Source: Clostridia bacterium (GTDB taxonomy: Bacteria > Bacillota > Clostridia > UMGS1883). From it: a stretch of DNA of 64,000 bases. The stretch is from contig JAZNYX010000062.1 of assembly GCA_045594665.1 (NCBI GenBank), positions 15,951 to 79,950 of the forward strand, written 5' to 3'. The notes below the pieces were generated by a model, which had not been told where the DNA came from, searched no databases, and was given only the letters and a program-made list of their open reading frames with translations. Positions within the stretch are counted from its first letter, which is position 1; each line of letters starts with the position of its first letter. The position numbers were made by a program, and so were the translations under genes. This document shows positions 8,971-17,791 of the stretch, in pieces.

Positions 8971-9066
8971 ACTGCGTATTATAAGAACTTGACAGTAGTT
9001 TTTACTTGCGTATCATCAAATTTCGACAATAATTTTACTTGTGTATTATAAACTTGTGTGTTATAA
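8971..9066 (+). repeat. four iteron-like copies of ACT(T)GYGTRTTATAA
   Basis: Copies at 8971-8985, 9004-9018, 9037-9051 and 9052-9066; the last two are exactly tandem 15-mers. Confidence 0.6.
8989..9016 (+). promoter_or_regulatory. candidate sigma-A promoter TTGACA-N16-TATCAT
   Basis: TTGACA at 8989-8994 and TATCAT at 9011-9016, embedded in the iteron-like repeats upstream of the AAA ATPase. Confidence 0.4.
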
Positions 9067-9092
9067 TGGTTTCAGGAAACGGTGGTGTTATT

Positions 9093-10451
9093 GTGATCTT
9101 AAAGAGAAAAGCATACGATCAACTTTTATCATGGAAAAAAGAAACTAACGGAAAACGTGCAATTCTGGTTGAAGGTGCCAGACGTATCGGTAAATCCACA
9201 ATAGTTGAAGAATTTGCAAAAAATGAATATAAGTCATACATTTTAATTGACTTTGCAAAGGTCTCAAGCACAGTAATTGAGGCTTTTGAAAACCACAAAA
9301 ACAACTTTGATGAGCTTTTTATGATTTTATCTCTCGAATATGGTGTTAAGTTGTTTAAAAGAGAATCCGTAATTATTTTCGATGAAGTTCAGCTTTATCC
9401 TCAGGCAAGACAGCTTATAAAATATCTTGTTGCAGACGGAAGATATGACTATATCGAAACGGGCTCATTAATTTCAATCAAAGAAAATGTTCAGAATATT
9501 CTTATTCCCTCAGAGGAAAGAAAGCTCAAAATGTATCCTCTGGACTTTGAAGAATTCTGCTGGTGTCTAGGAGAAGAAATCTTAGTTGATTATATAAGGA
9601 AGTGCTTTAACGAACGCAGAGCTCTTGAAGAAAAACTTCATGACAAAGCAATGCTTCTTTTTAAGCAGTATATGCTTGTCGGAGGAATGCCCAAAGGTGT
9701 TATTGCCTTTTTAGAAGGAACCAGAGATTTCGACGCTGCTGACCGAGAGAAAAGAGATATTCTGAATCTGTATCGTGACGATATTTTAAAAATAACAGAT
9801 CGTTATCGTTCCAAAGTTTTGGCAATATTTGAACAGCTCCCGGGATTTTTGTCCAAGCATGAAAAACGTGTCGTTTTAAGTAAGATTGCCAAAGGTTCAA
9901 CACTTGATCAATATACTGACACATTTTTCTGGTTGGGAAATTCTATGATATGCAATGAATGCTTCCTCACAAGAGATCCGAATATTGGTCTTGCCTTGAA
10001 TGAAGACAGAAGCTATATCAAGTGCTATATGGGAGATACAGGACTTCTTATAAGTCACGCATTTGATGAAAATTCACTTGCAGATTCTGAATTATATCGA
10101 CAGATAATAAATGGCAAATTATCCATAAACGAAGGAATGCTTTATGAAAACGTCATTGCTCAAATGCTTATTGCAAATGGTCATAAGCTATATTTCTATA
10201 CTCACTACAATGATGAAAAACGCAGAAACGATATTGAAATTGATTTTATTATTTCGAACAACGATAAGCTCAAATACAAAATTTATCCAATCGAAGTCAA
10301 ATCATCAAAAAAATATTCTATTTCCTCTCTCCAGCGGTTTAAGGAAAAATACACTTCACGAATCGGCGAATGTTATGTAATCCATCCTAAAAATTTCAGC
10401 ATGAAAGATGGAATTACTTACCTGCCCGCATATATGGCTATGTGTTTATAA
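9093..10451 (+). CDS. AAA_14 ATPase with a C-terminal DUF4143 (PD-(D/E)xK-like) domain
   Basis: Walker A EGARRIGKST, Walker B IIFDEVQ and a C-terminal EIDFII...YPIEVKSS nuclease-like motif. GTG at 9093 with GGTGG upstream is the likely start; the track start at 9039 lies within the promoter/repeat region. Confidence 0.85.
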   Translation: MILKRKAYDQLLSWKKETNGKRAILVEGARRIGKSTIVEEFAKNEYKSYILIDFAKVSSTVIEAFENHKNNFDELFMILSLEYGVKLFKRESVIIFDEVQLYPQARQLIKYLVADGRYDYIETGSLISIKENVQNILIPSEERKLKMYPLDFEEFCWCLGEEILVDYIRKCFNERRALEEKLHDKAMLLFKQYMLVGGMPKGVIAFLEGTRDFDAADREKRDILNLYRDDILKITDRYRSKVLAIFEQLPGFLSKHEKRVVLSKIAKGSTLDQYTDTFFWLGNSMICNECFLTRDPNIGLALNEDRSYIKCYMGDTGLLISHAFDENSLADSELYRQIINGKLSINEGMLYENVIAQMLIANGHKLYFYTHYNDEKRRNDIEIDFIISNNDKLKYKIYPIEVKSSKKYSISSLQRFKEKYTSRIGECYVIHPKNFSMKDGITYLPAYMAMCL

Positions 10452-10640
10452 ATCCTTTCTAACAACTTTCTAACAAAATGCAAAATTTCATGATTTTCAA
10501 GAAATGGCGTGCACAAAAGAAAAGCAAAGGTAAAAGCATGTAAGTTCCGCTTAATGTAGGCATTTATTCGGGTTTTGTTTGGCAAAAAATAAAACTAAAA
10601 AAAGAGGGCTAAAACCCCAACCATTCCCCTACGAACCAAA

Positions 10641-10673
10641 GGGTCGGGGGTTCGAATCCCTCCAAGCACGCCA
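10641..10673 (+). other. tRNA 3-prime-end fragment (T-arm, acceptor 3-prime strand, CCA) with no 5-prime half
   Basis: GGGGG-TTCGAAT-CCCTC T-arm, then CAAGCAC-G-CCA. The complementary acceptor strand GTGCTTG is absent upstream. Confidence 0.6.
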
Positions 10674-10679
10674 AAAAAG
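10656..10679 (+). repeat. 24-nt direct repeat ATCCCTCCAAGCACGCCAAAAAAG, copy 1
   Basis: Identical to 10864-10887. Confidence 0.8.
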
Positions 10680-10681
10680 CG

Positions 10682-10718
10682 AAAGATACCTACGAAGTGG
10701 GTATCTTTTGCTTTTTTG
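10682..10718 (+). terminator. intrinsic terminator after tRNA-like fragment 1
   Basis: AAAGATACC-N9-GGTATCTTT followed by TTGCTTTTTT. Confidence 0.55.
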
Positions 10719-10863
10719 CTTGAAATAAAAAGGATTCGAACCCTGAGAGGGCAGCGAGCGTTAAGAAAACGATTGATAATCGTTTTTAGCTCGTTGGTGC
10801 GAAGTCCGGTACCGAAATGCGTAGCATTTGGGTGGACAAGCAGGCAAGATGCGTAGCATCTGT

Positions 10864-10887
10864 ATCCCTCCAAGCACGCCAAAAAAG
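10864..10887 (+). repeat. 24-nt direct repeat, copy 2 (acceptor/CCA part only)
   Basis: Identical to 10656-10679. Confidence 0.8.
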
Positions 10888-10926
10888 AACAGGCATCCAC
10901 GTTAGTGGGTGTCTGTTTCTTTTTGC
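10888..10926 (+). terminator. intrinsic terminator after tRNA-like fragment 2
   Basis: AACAGGCATCCAC-GTTA-GTGGGTGTCTGTT (G-U pairs) followed by TCTTTTTGC. The stem sequence differs from that of copy 1. Confidence 0.5.
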
Positions 10927-11256
10927 TTGAAATGAAAGGGATTCGAAGCCCCGACCCGTGGGGAGGGGGAACCGAGCCTGACCGCCGCCTGTGGCAGATG
11001 AAGCGAGGGCGCAGGGTAGCGAAGCGGCGGCGAGGAAGTGAATGACAATCCGGTGAATTGTCAGAGCCGAGCCGTGACCGAACCGCAGTGAGAAGGCAGC
11101 GGTCGACAGATGGCAAGGTGATTTATCACCGCAGGCAGATGTCGGGCACCGCAAACGGGTAGAATCCCGGATTCGAACCCCTTTGCTAAAATGTAACAAA
11201 AACTGCCCCGTCCCCAAACTGTGCGACGTCCCCAAACTGTGAAAAAGCGTGCCATT

Positions 11257-11333
11257 CTGAGCGGAGCCGAAGGCGAAGTGGAAGAATCTCAAAAGTTAAA
11301 TGAGATCCTTGCACTTCGCTAAGCTCTCTCAGG
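11257..11333. repeat. REP-like imperfect palindrome
   Basis: CTGAGCGGAGCCGAAGGCGAAGTGGAAGAATCTC, an 11-nt loop, then GAGATCCTTGCACTTCGCTAAGCTCTCTCAGG. Confidence 0.55.
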
Positions 11334-11359
11334 ATGACACACCCTTTTTTGTTACCTGC

Positions 11360-13642
11360 TTAATTTTTAGTCTTAACTACAATCACTCTGACGATGCCGC
11401 CGCTTGAAAGCGACCTATCGGAATACAGCATAATATTCTGAATATTTTCACTGTTTGTAAGCTCCGATACAGACATGGAGGTGTAATTGTTTGCGTAGGT
11501 TCCTCCGTAGACCTTCACATAGTCGCTTAGTATATAGTTCTTTCCGTTTACACGGATTCTGCTTCCGCTGTAGCCCTCTATCTTTGATGCCGAGCCAACA
11601 TTGGTAAGCCTTTTTGCAATCTGTCCGTCGCTTGTCTGCTGAATTTCCACTGCGCAGCCGCGTTCAAGCTTTACTGCCGTTTCAATTTGTGTGGTCCTAT
11701 CTCCAAGCAAAACTGTATATCTGTTTTTATTGACCTCCGTTACCACGCCGAAATCTGCATCTGTTTTTGTGACATCGGTCACGTAAAGGAATGTGATGTC
11801 CCTGAGTGCACCGCTTGTTTCTGCATGAAGCACCTGGTTTTTGGTAAGACTGTCGGTAATAATGTCACGCAGCTCAATCTTTTTTACAGTTGCACCGCCG
11901 GCAGTATTTTCCACAAGCTCCAGAATTGCACAATTTTCCGAAAGCCAATATTCTCCCAATGAGGGTATTGAGGAATCAAATTCGCCGTAAATATTTGTAT
12001 GCTTTACTACAGTGAGCTTTGCCACATCGTTTTCATATTTAACTTTCATCACATTTCCTATATAGTCACTATAGTCACGGTCTGCTTCGTAGGTAACCTC
12101 GCCTCCGTCGGGAAGGACTACCGTAATATAGTTAGTAGTTTTTCCCAAAGTTTCGGTTTCCTGCGATACTTCCTTATAGCTTTTTGTCAGTACAACCAAG
12201 TCAAGGCTTCCCACCGCCGCAAGATTTACAACATCCACAACTTCGCCGTCTCTGCCAAAGAGCAAGGTTACACGGTCTCCCAGTTCAAATGCACCCTCGG
12301 AGGTATTCATTTTTCCGATTGCCGTTTGAGTGGAGAGAGGATATTCCTTGCCGCCTACTTTTACGCTTGTAACATTTGATTTAAGAGGGTATGCTTCCTC
12401 ATAAGCACCGCTGACTTTGTCGGTGTAGGCATAAAGGGTATTATTACCTGCCATATAATATACGACATCATATGCCTGAATTTCGGAAAGCGATGCGTTT
12501 CGTCCGTCACGCACTACTTTCATTGTGCCGCTGTTTACAATGCTAAAGAAAGAATAAATCTGAGAATAACCCGTGGTAACCGTTCGCGGTCCTGAAAGAG
12601 TGCTTTCCTTTAAATACATTCTTGCAAAGCTTCCGTCATTAGCATAAAGAAGGAGCGCTTCACTGCCTGCCTCAAGCTTTGCCGCACTCTGGGATAGCGT
12701 AGAGGCTTTGCCTTCATAATAAAGGGGAGCGTTCCCCGGGAGGCTTTCAGCCTTTGATGTTCCATTTTCCGTAAAGCCGATTTCCACCCTTCTGCCGTCA
12801 CCGCTTACGGCGGCACTTGAAAGGGTAACGCTTCTTACAGTTTCGTTTTCAGGAACAAATGCGGTTGCCCGCTTTTCGCCATCAAGGTACAATGTGCCTA
12901 ATCTTCCGTAAACCTCGGAGGTAATATTTGAGTTATCGGCAAGCTTATATACTCCGTTCGTTGTTTCGATGTTTCCTATTGCAAGCCCTGCATTAATGCT
13001 GTTGTCACCATAGATTACAACATCCTTTACAGAGGAGGAGCTTAAAAGCGAAAGGGATGAGCCCTCTTTTTTGTCGGCAAGAAGCGTATTATATATTACA
13101 TACGCCGCATTGCCACGTGTGATATTTTCGTATGTTCCGAAGGATATTCCATTGGTAATTCCAAGGGACTGTGCCTTTGTAATATAGCCATCGGGCCACT
13201 TATATGCAACATCCTCGCCCGTATACCCTAAAAGCCTTATGAGAATGGTAAGTGCCTGAGCATAATTAATGGTATCCTCTGCTCCGAAACTGCCGTCGGG
13301 ATAGCCGTTTATTATCTGATGCTCCGCTATGTAATTAATATATCCGCTTGCCCAATGGTCTGTGGGAACATCGCTGAAAATGGCGTTTGCACTGCGTGAG
13401 GCTGCCTGCTGCTCTTCACCCAGCATACATACGGCAATTTTTGCAAACTGACCTCTCGTTAAAGTGTCCTCGGGTCTGAATGTGCCGTCGGGATAGCCGT
13501 TTATTATCCCAAGCTGTACAAGCTGTTTTACGGCATTTCCCACACCCGTGTTGACATTTACATCTTCAAATGCAGCAAATGCTCCGATATTTACAAACAT
13601 CATTAAAGCTGTTATAAGTGCTGTTATTTTTATTTTCATCAT
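11360..13642 (-). CDS. SLH-domain cell-wall-anchored protein (760 aa)
   Basis: Signal peptide, then three SLH repeats (INGYPDGTFRPEDTLTRGQFA; INGYPDGSFGAEDTINYAQA; WPDGYITKAQSLGI..ITRGNAAYV), then about 560 aa not matched to any family by eye. Confidence 0.85.
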   Translation of the reverse strand: MMKIKITALITALMMFVNIGAFAAFEDVNVNTGVGNAVKQLVQLGIINGYPDGTFRPEDTLTRGQFAKIAVCMLGEEQQAASRSANAIFSDVPTDHWASGYINYIAEHQIINGYPDGSFGAEDTINYAQALTILIRLLGYTGEDVAYKWPDGYITKAQSLGITNGISFGTYENITRGNAAYVIYNTLLADKKEGSSLSLLSSSSVKDVVIYGDNSINAGLAIGNIETTNGVYKLADNSNITSEVYGRLGTLYLDGEKRATAFVPENETVRSVTLSSAAVSGDGRRVEIGFTENGTSKAESLPGNAPLYYEGKASTLSQSAAKLEAGSEALLLYANDGSFARMYLKESTLSGPRTVTTGYSQIYSFFSIVNSGTMKVVRDGRNASLSEIQAYDVVYYMAGNNTLYAYTDKVSGAYEEAYPLKSNVTSVKVGGKEYPLSTQTAIGKMNTSEGAFELGDRVTLLFGRDGEVVDVVNLAAVGSLDLVVLTKSYKEVSQETETLGKTTNYITVVLPDGGEVTYEADRDYSDYIGNVMKVKYENDVAKLTVVKHTNIYGEFDSSIPSLGEYWLSENCAILELVENTAGGATVKKIELRDIITDSLTKNQVLHAETSGALRDITFLYVTDVTKTDADFGVVTEVNKNRYTVLLGDRTTQIETAVKLERGCAVEIQQTSDGQIAKRLTNVGSASKIEGYSGSRIRVNGKNYILSDYVKVYGGTYANNYTSMSVSELTNSENIQNIMLYSDRSLSSGGIVRVIVVKTKN

Positions 13643-13657
13643 ACTCGCTCCTTTCGA

Positions 13658-14851
13658 CTATTCAAATCTCAGTGCTTCAATAGGATTAAGCTTTGCAGCC
13701 TTTCTTGCAGGGTAAAGCCCAAAAAATATTCCTATTGCCGCAGAGAAAATGAATGAGCCGAGAATTACTGTTGTCTGCTCCGATAGCGGCACCGTAGGCA
13801 TCCCCATACTTGTGCTGGTAAAATAACTGCCCACGATGCCAAGTCCAATTCCAAGGATACCTCCCAGGCAGCTTACAACTGCCGATTCGATAAGGAACTG
13901 AATGAGGATAGACCCTGTTTTTGCCCCGATTGCCTTTCTGATGCCTATTTCGCGTGTTCTTTCCGTTACCGTTACAAGCATAATATTCATGATGCCTATG
14001 CCGCCTACGATAAGGGAAATTCCTGCAATACCTGCCATGAGCATTGTCATGGAGCTTAGTGCATCGTCCACGGTTTCAATCTGTGCCGCCTGATTTGTAA
14101 CAGTGTAGGAATTTTCCGACTTGAATTTCTGGTACAAAAATGATTCAATTGCCTCTGTTGCCGCAGTCATTGTGTCGGCACTTTTTGCAGAAACTGCAAA
14201 GGAGGTAATGTTCGCATTCCTGATAAGGCGTGTTGCTCTGGAATAAGGGATGATTACCGTATCATCCTCGCCGCCCTGAGAAATATTTGAGGATTTCGCC
14301 GTAAGGATTCCTACCACGGTGAAAAGCTCGTTATTAATTTTTATCTGCTGTCCTATGGGCTCCTGCGTGCCGAAAAGCTCGCTTGCCACATATGCGCCGA
14401 TGACCGCAACGGATTTACGGTTATCCACATCATCAGCGGTAATAAATCTTCCGCTGTCAATACCGCGGTTACGGATTGCTGCGTAATGTTCATTTACTCC
14501 GCTAAGTGAGGTGGATGCGTTACTGCTTCCGTATTTAACGGTTGCGTTGGAGCTTACCACGGGGGTAATATATTTAATGCTGTCCTTATTGTTTTCGACT
14601 ATTTTCTCTATTTCCTCCACGCTGACGCTTCTGGTCATGCCCCAGCCGCCTCGCCTTATGTTTACGTTTATGAGATTTGTTCCCATACTTTCGAGCTGAT
14701 TACGCATGTTGAGGGTGGTCGCCGTTACCATGTTTACAAGAATAATAACTGCCGCAACGCCGATTATTATACCCAGCATAGTCAGGAAGGAACGAACCTT
14801 TGAGCTGAGAATACTGCTGAGTGCCATTTTAAAAGACATAAATAGATTCAT
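13658..14851 (-). CDS. ABC transporter permease, MacB/FtsX type
   Basis: N-terminal TM helix, a large extracytoplasmic domain and a C-terminal FtsX-like 3-TM bundle. Overlaps the ATPase gene by 4 nt. Confidence 0.9.
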   Translation of the reverse strand: MNLFMSFKMALSSILSSKVRSFLTMLGIIIGVAAVIILVNMVTATTLNMRNQLESMGTNLINVNIRRGGWGMTRSVSVEEIEKIVENNKDSIKYITPVVSSNATVKYGSSNASTSLSGVNEHYAAIRNRGIDSGRFITADDVDNRKSVAVIGAYVASELFGTQEPIGQQIKINNELFTVVGILTAKSSNISQGGEDDTVIIPYSRATRLIRNANITSFAVSAKSADTMTAATEAIESFLYQKFKSENSYTVTNQAAQIETVDDALSSMTMLMAGIAGISLIVGGIGIMNIMLVTVTERTREIGIRKAIGAKTGSILIQFLIESAVVSCLGGILGIGLGIVGSYFTSTSMGMPTVPLSEQTTVILGSFIFSAAIGIFFGLYPARKAAKLNPIEALRFE

Positions 14852-15543
14852 TCACATTTCACATCCTCTGTCACTGTAGTGTCGCTGGTAATGACGCCGT
14901 CGGCAATTCTTACCACACGTTCTGCCTGCCTTGCAACGTCGCTGTCATGAGTTATCAGCACAATGGTATTGCCCTCGGCATGAATTTCCTTAAGCATTTT
15001 CATAACCTCAATGCCGCTTTTTGAGTCAAGGTTACCCGTAGGCTCGTCGGCAAGTATGAGCGGCGGTTTGGAGGAAAGGGCACGTGCTATGGCAACCCTC
15101 TGCTGCTGACCGCCCGAAAGCTCCTTCGGCTTATGATGCATACGCTCCTCAAGCCCTACCCGAAAAAGTGCCTCCTCGGCAAGCTCACGCCTGCGTGCTG
15201 AATCAACTCCCCTATATATTAAGGGAAGCTCCACGTTTTCCAGTGCCGTTAATTTACTTAAAAGATTGAAGCCCTGGAATATAAAGCCTATCTTTTCATT
15301 TCGTATGGAGGCAAGCTCATTTTCGCTGAGTGCCTCAACGGATCTTCCATCCAGAAGGTACTCTCCGCTTGTGGCTACGTCAAGGCATCCTATCATGTTC
15401 ATAAGGGTTGATTTTCCGCTTCCCGAAGGTCCTATGATGGAGACAAATTCCTTGGGGCTGACATTAAGGGAGACGCCATTTAATGCACGCACCTCAATGT
15501 CACCTATTTTATAGATTTTGTACATGTCTTTAATTCTTATCAT
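14848..15543 (-). CDS. ABC transporter ATP-binding protein, MacB/LolD type
   Basis: [27 protein letters not shown] and ILADEPTGNLD motifs. Confidence 0.95.
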   Translation of the reverse strand: MIRIKDMYKIYKIGDIEVRALNGVSLNVSPKEFVSIIGPSGSGKSTLMNMIGCLDVATSGEYLLDGRSVEALSENELASIRNEKIGFIFQGFNLLSKLTALENVELPLIYRGVDSARRRELAEEALFRVGLEERMHHKPKELSGGQQQRVAIARALSSKPPLILADEPTGNLDSKSGIEVMKMLKEIHAEGNTIVLITHDSDVARQAERVVRIADGVITSDTTVTEDVKCE

Positions 15544-15547
15544 AGGC

Positions 15548-17791
15548 TTATCTTCCGCCTCCGAAATTACGGTTGTTTCCTCCCATAGATGGCATTCCTC
15601 CCATCATACCTCCGCCGAAGCCGCTCATGCCGCCTCGGTTAGAAGAACCTGTTCTGGAGCCTGACTGTGTTACCTGCACTGTGTTCTTAACAACCTGCCC
15701 ATACTCAACACCGCTTAAAATTTCATAGGTGGTATCTGTTTTTATACCGATTGTTACCTCAACACGCTTTTCTTTTCCGTAGTGTTTTATTTTGAGTTCT
15801 TCCTGATTTTGTCTTTGGAATCCCGATGCATTGTTTGAGTTAAAATTATTTGTTTTTTCGGTTTTCGCTGCGTTGTCCTGGTTTGTTTTCTTCGTTTCGG
15901 CAGTTTTTTCAGCATCTTTGGAAGCTGTGGTTTTTGCCTCTTCACCCTTTTCTTCCTTATCTTCTTTTGAGGTTTGAGTGTTTTCGGAAGATGCTTCCGT
16001 TTTCACATTTTCCCTATTCGTTACAGTGCCTTCCTGTCTGTTCCAATTACCCGTTCCCGCAGGTCTTTCGCCGCTGAAATTTGGTCTTTCTCCGCTGAAG
16101 TTCGGTCTTTCTCCGTTTTGCGGATTTTGATTTTTGGTTTCACTATTACCGCTTTCCTGCTTTTCATTATCGGAGGCTTTATTTTCGGAATCCGTGTTTT
16201 CCTTTTTGTCCTGCAAAATTTCGCTCTGTCCTCTTTCACCAAATCCGCCCTGTATCTGAGGCTCAGGCATGTTTTCTACCTCGCCCACAATTGTGACATA
16301 ATATTTGCCGTCATAATATTCTACTGCTTCAACAGGAAGATAAAGGCTGTTGTAGGATTGCTCAACTATAATCTGTGCACTTACGTTCATTCCCGGCATA
16401 AGCTCTCCGGGCTGGTCAATGGTAACCTCTATGGGATAGTTGGTAACGCCGTTGGAGGAGGTTCCCAGCTTTGACACGGCGGTAATTGTACCTCTCAGTC
16501 TTTGATTTGAAAGTGCGTCCGCCGTTACCGTTACGCTCTGCCCTACCTGAATTTTTGCAATATCAAGCTCATCGGCAGAAATTGTGAATTTCATCTTACT
16601 CATATCCGCAACTACCATAAGGGCAGGGGGATTCTGTCCGCTGATTGTATCGCCTACAAAATAATCCTTTGTAAGGATAACACCGTTTATAGGTGATGTA
16701 ACTATGTATTCGTTAGCTTCTTCCTCTTTATCTTCAAGATTGTTGAGGGCTTCCGTAAGGTTCATCTGTGCTTCCTTAACGTTTTGCTGAGCTGTTCTGA
16801 GCTCGTCGTTAAGGTCACTGTTTTTAAGCACGGCAATAATCTGACCTTCGTCTACCCAGTCGCCGTTTTTAAAGTTTATCTTTGAAACCTCGCCCCTTTG
16901 GTCGGCATTAACCGTCACGGGGTCTGCATATTTCACACTGCCGTAGGAGGCGGAGCTTATATTTCCGCTTTTGCTGTTTACGGTAGCGGTAACATTTACG
17001 TTTTCCTCAACGGTGTACTTATCATCAAGCCTTATTTCCACATAATATACAACCGCACCGCTTGAGAGGGTGTCGGGTGCTGTGTACTTGCGTATTACCC
17101 TACCCGTTGTATTTATCATATATTTGTCAATTGCGATATCCGCACTGTCGCCTACGCTGATATTTTTTATCTGCGCGGAGCTGAACGGAATTGTGGCGGT
17201 CTGCTCCTTAAAATTGGTAATTGTGCAGACTTTTCCCGATGCATCCTCACCTACACGGAGGGACAAATCGCTAATTTTTCCCGAAACGGTAGCCTTAATA
17301 GTGAGATTTGCTATATTTTCACGCACCTTTTCAAGATTGCTCTGCCTGTTTGAAAGGGTGGTTTGTGCCTTTTCCACATTATTCATGGCACTTTCAATTG
17401 CATTTTCTGCTGCAGTCATTTCAAATCGGTAGAGAACATCTCCCTCATTTACACTGTCCCCCTCGTTAAAGAAGGACTCGATAATCTTTCCGTTTACCTC
17501 GGGAACAATTTCACGCTGCTCAATAGGGGACACCGTGCCGCTTCCCGTGATGCTGTTGGTAAGATTTCCACGTCTTACGATTGAGGTGCCGCTTGCCTTT
17601 GCCACGGTAGCCTCGGAAGCACCGTGCCACTTCCATATGCCAATGCCTGCCGCCGCAACCAAAACCGCCAAAACAAGGCACACTGCTCTTTTTGCACCTT
17701 TATTAAGCGTTTTATATTTTGCGAGAGGAACGGCTGCCCATTCTTTCAGTCTAATATATACGTTCTTTAGTACCTTACCGATTTTTTTCAT
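15548..17791 (-). CDS. efflux adaptor (HlyD/MacA-like membrane fusion protein) with a long low-complexity insertion
   Basis: N-terminal TM helix, coiled-coil and barrel-sandwich segments. GGAGG 9 nt upstream of the ATG at 17791. Contains GERPNFS repeats and a Gly/Met-rich tail. Confidence 0.85.
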   Translation of the reverse strand: MKKIGKVLKNVYIRLKEWAAVPLAKYKTLNKGAKRAVCLVLAVLVAAAGIGIWKWHGASEATVAKASGTSIVRRGNLTNSITGSGTVSPIEQREIVPEVNGKIIESFFNEGDSVNEGDVLYRFEMTAAENAIESAMNNVEKAQTTLSNRQSNLEKVRENIANLTIKATVSGKISDLSLRVGEDASGKVCTITNFKEQTATIPFSSAQIKNISVGDSADIAIDKYMINTTGRVIRKYTAPDTLSSGAVVYYVEIRLDDKYTVEENVNVTATVNSKSGNISSASYGSVKYADPVTVNADQRGEVSKINFKNGDWVDEGQIIAVLKNSDLNDELRTAQQNVKEAQMNLTEALNNLEDKEEEANEYIVTSPINGVILTKDYFVGDTISGQNPPALMVVADMSKMKFTISADELDIAKIQVGQSVTVTADALSNQRLRGTITAVSKLGTSSNGVTNYPIEVTIDQPGELMPGMNVSAQIIVEQSYNSLYLPVEAVEYYDGKYYVTIVGEVENMPEPQIQGGFGERGQSEILQDKKENTDSENKASDNEKQESGNSETKNQNPQNGERPNFSGERPNFSGERPAGTGNWNRQEGTVTNRENVKTEASSENTQTSKEDKEEKGEEAKTTASKDAEKTAETKKTNQDNAAKTEKTNNFNSNNASGFQRQNQEELKIKHYGKEKRVEVTIGIKTDTTYEILSGVEYGQVVKNTVQVTQSGSRTGSSNRGGMSGFGGGMMGGMPSMGGNNRNFGGGR

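Noticed and set aside
10990-11165. Resemblance to SRP/4.5S RNA (GGGTAGCGAAGCGG, GGCAGATGTCGGGCACCG)
   Set aside because: The invariant domain IV sequence (GGUCCGGAAGGAAGCAGC, with its GGAA tetraloop) is absent on both strands. The similar segments are also in the wrong order.
10595-11292. Three overlapping minus-strand ORFs (64-173 aa) across the tRNA-like, GC-rich region
   Set aside because: They run through tRNA T-arm fragments, terminators and palindromes. The translations are Arg/Pro/Ser-rich with no RBS or motif. The open frames are explained by local GC-richness.
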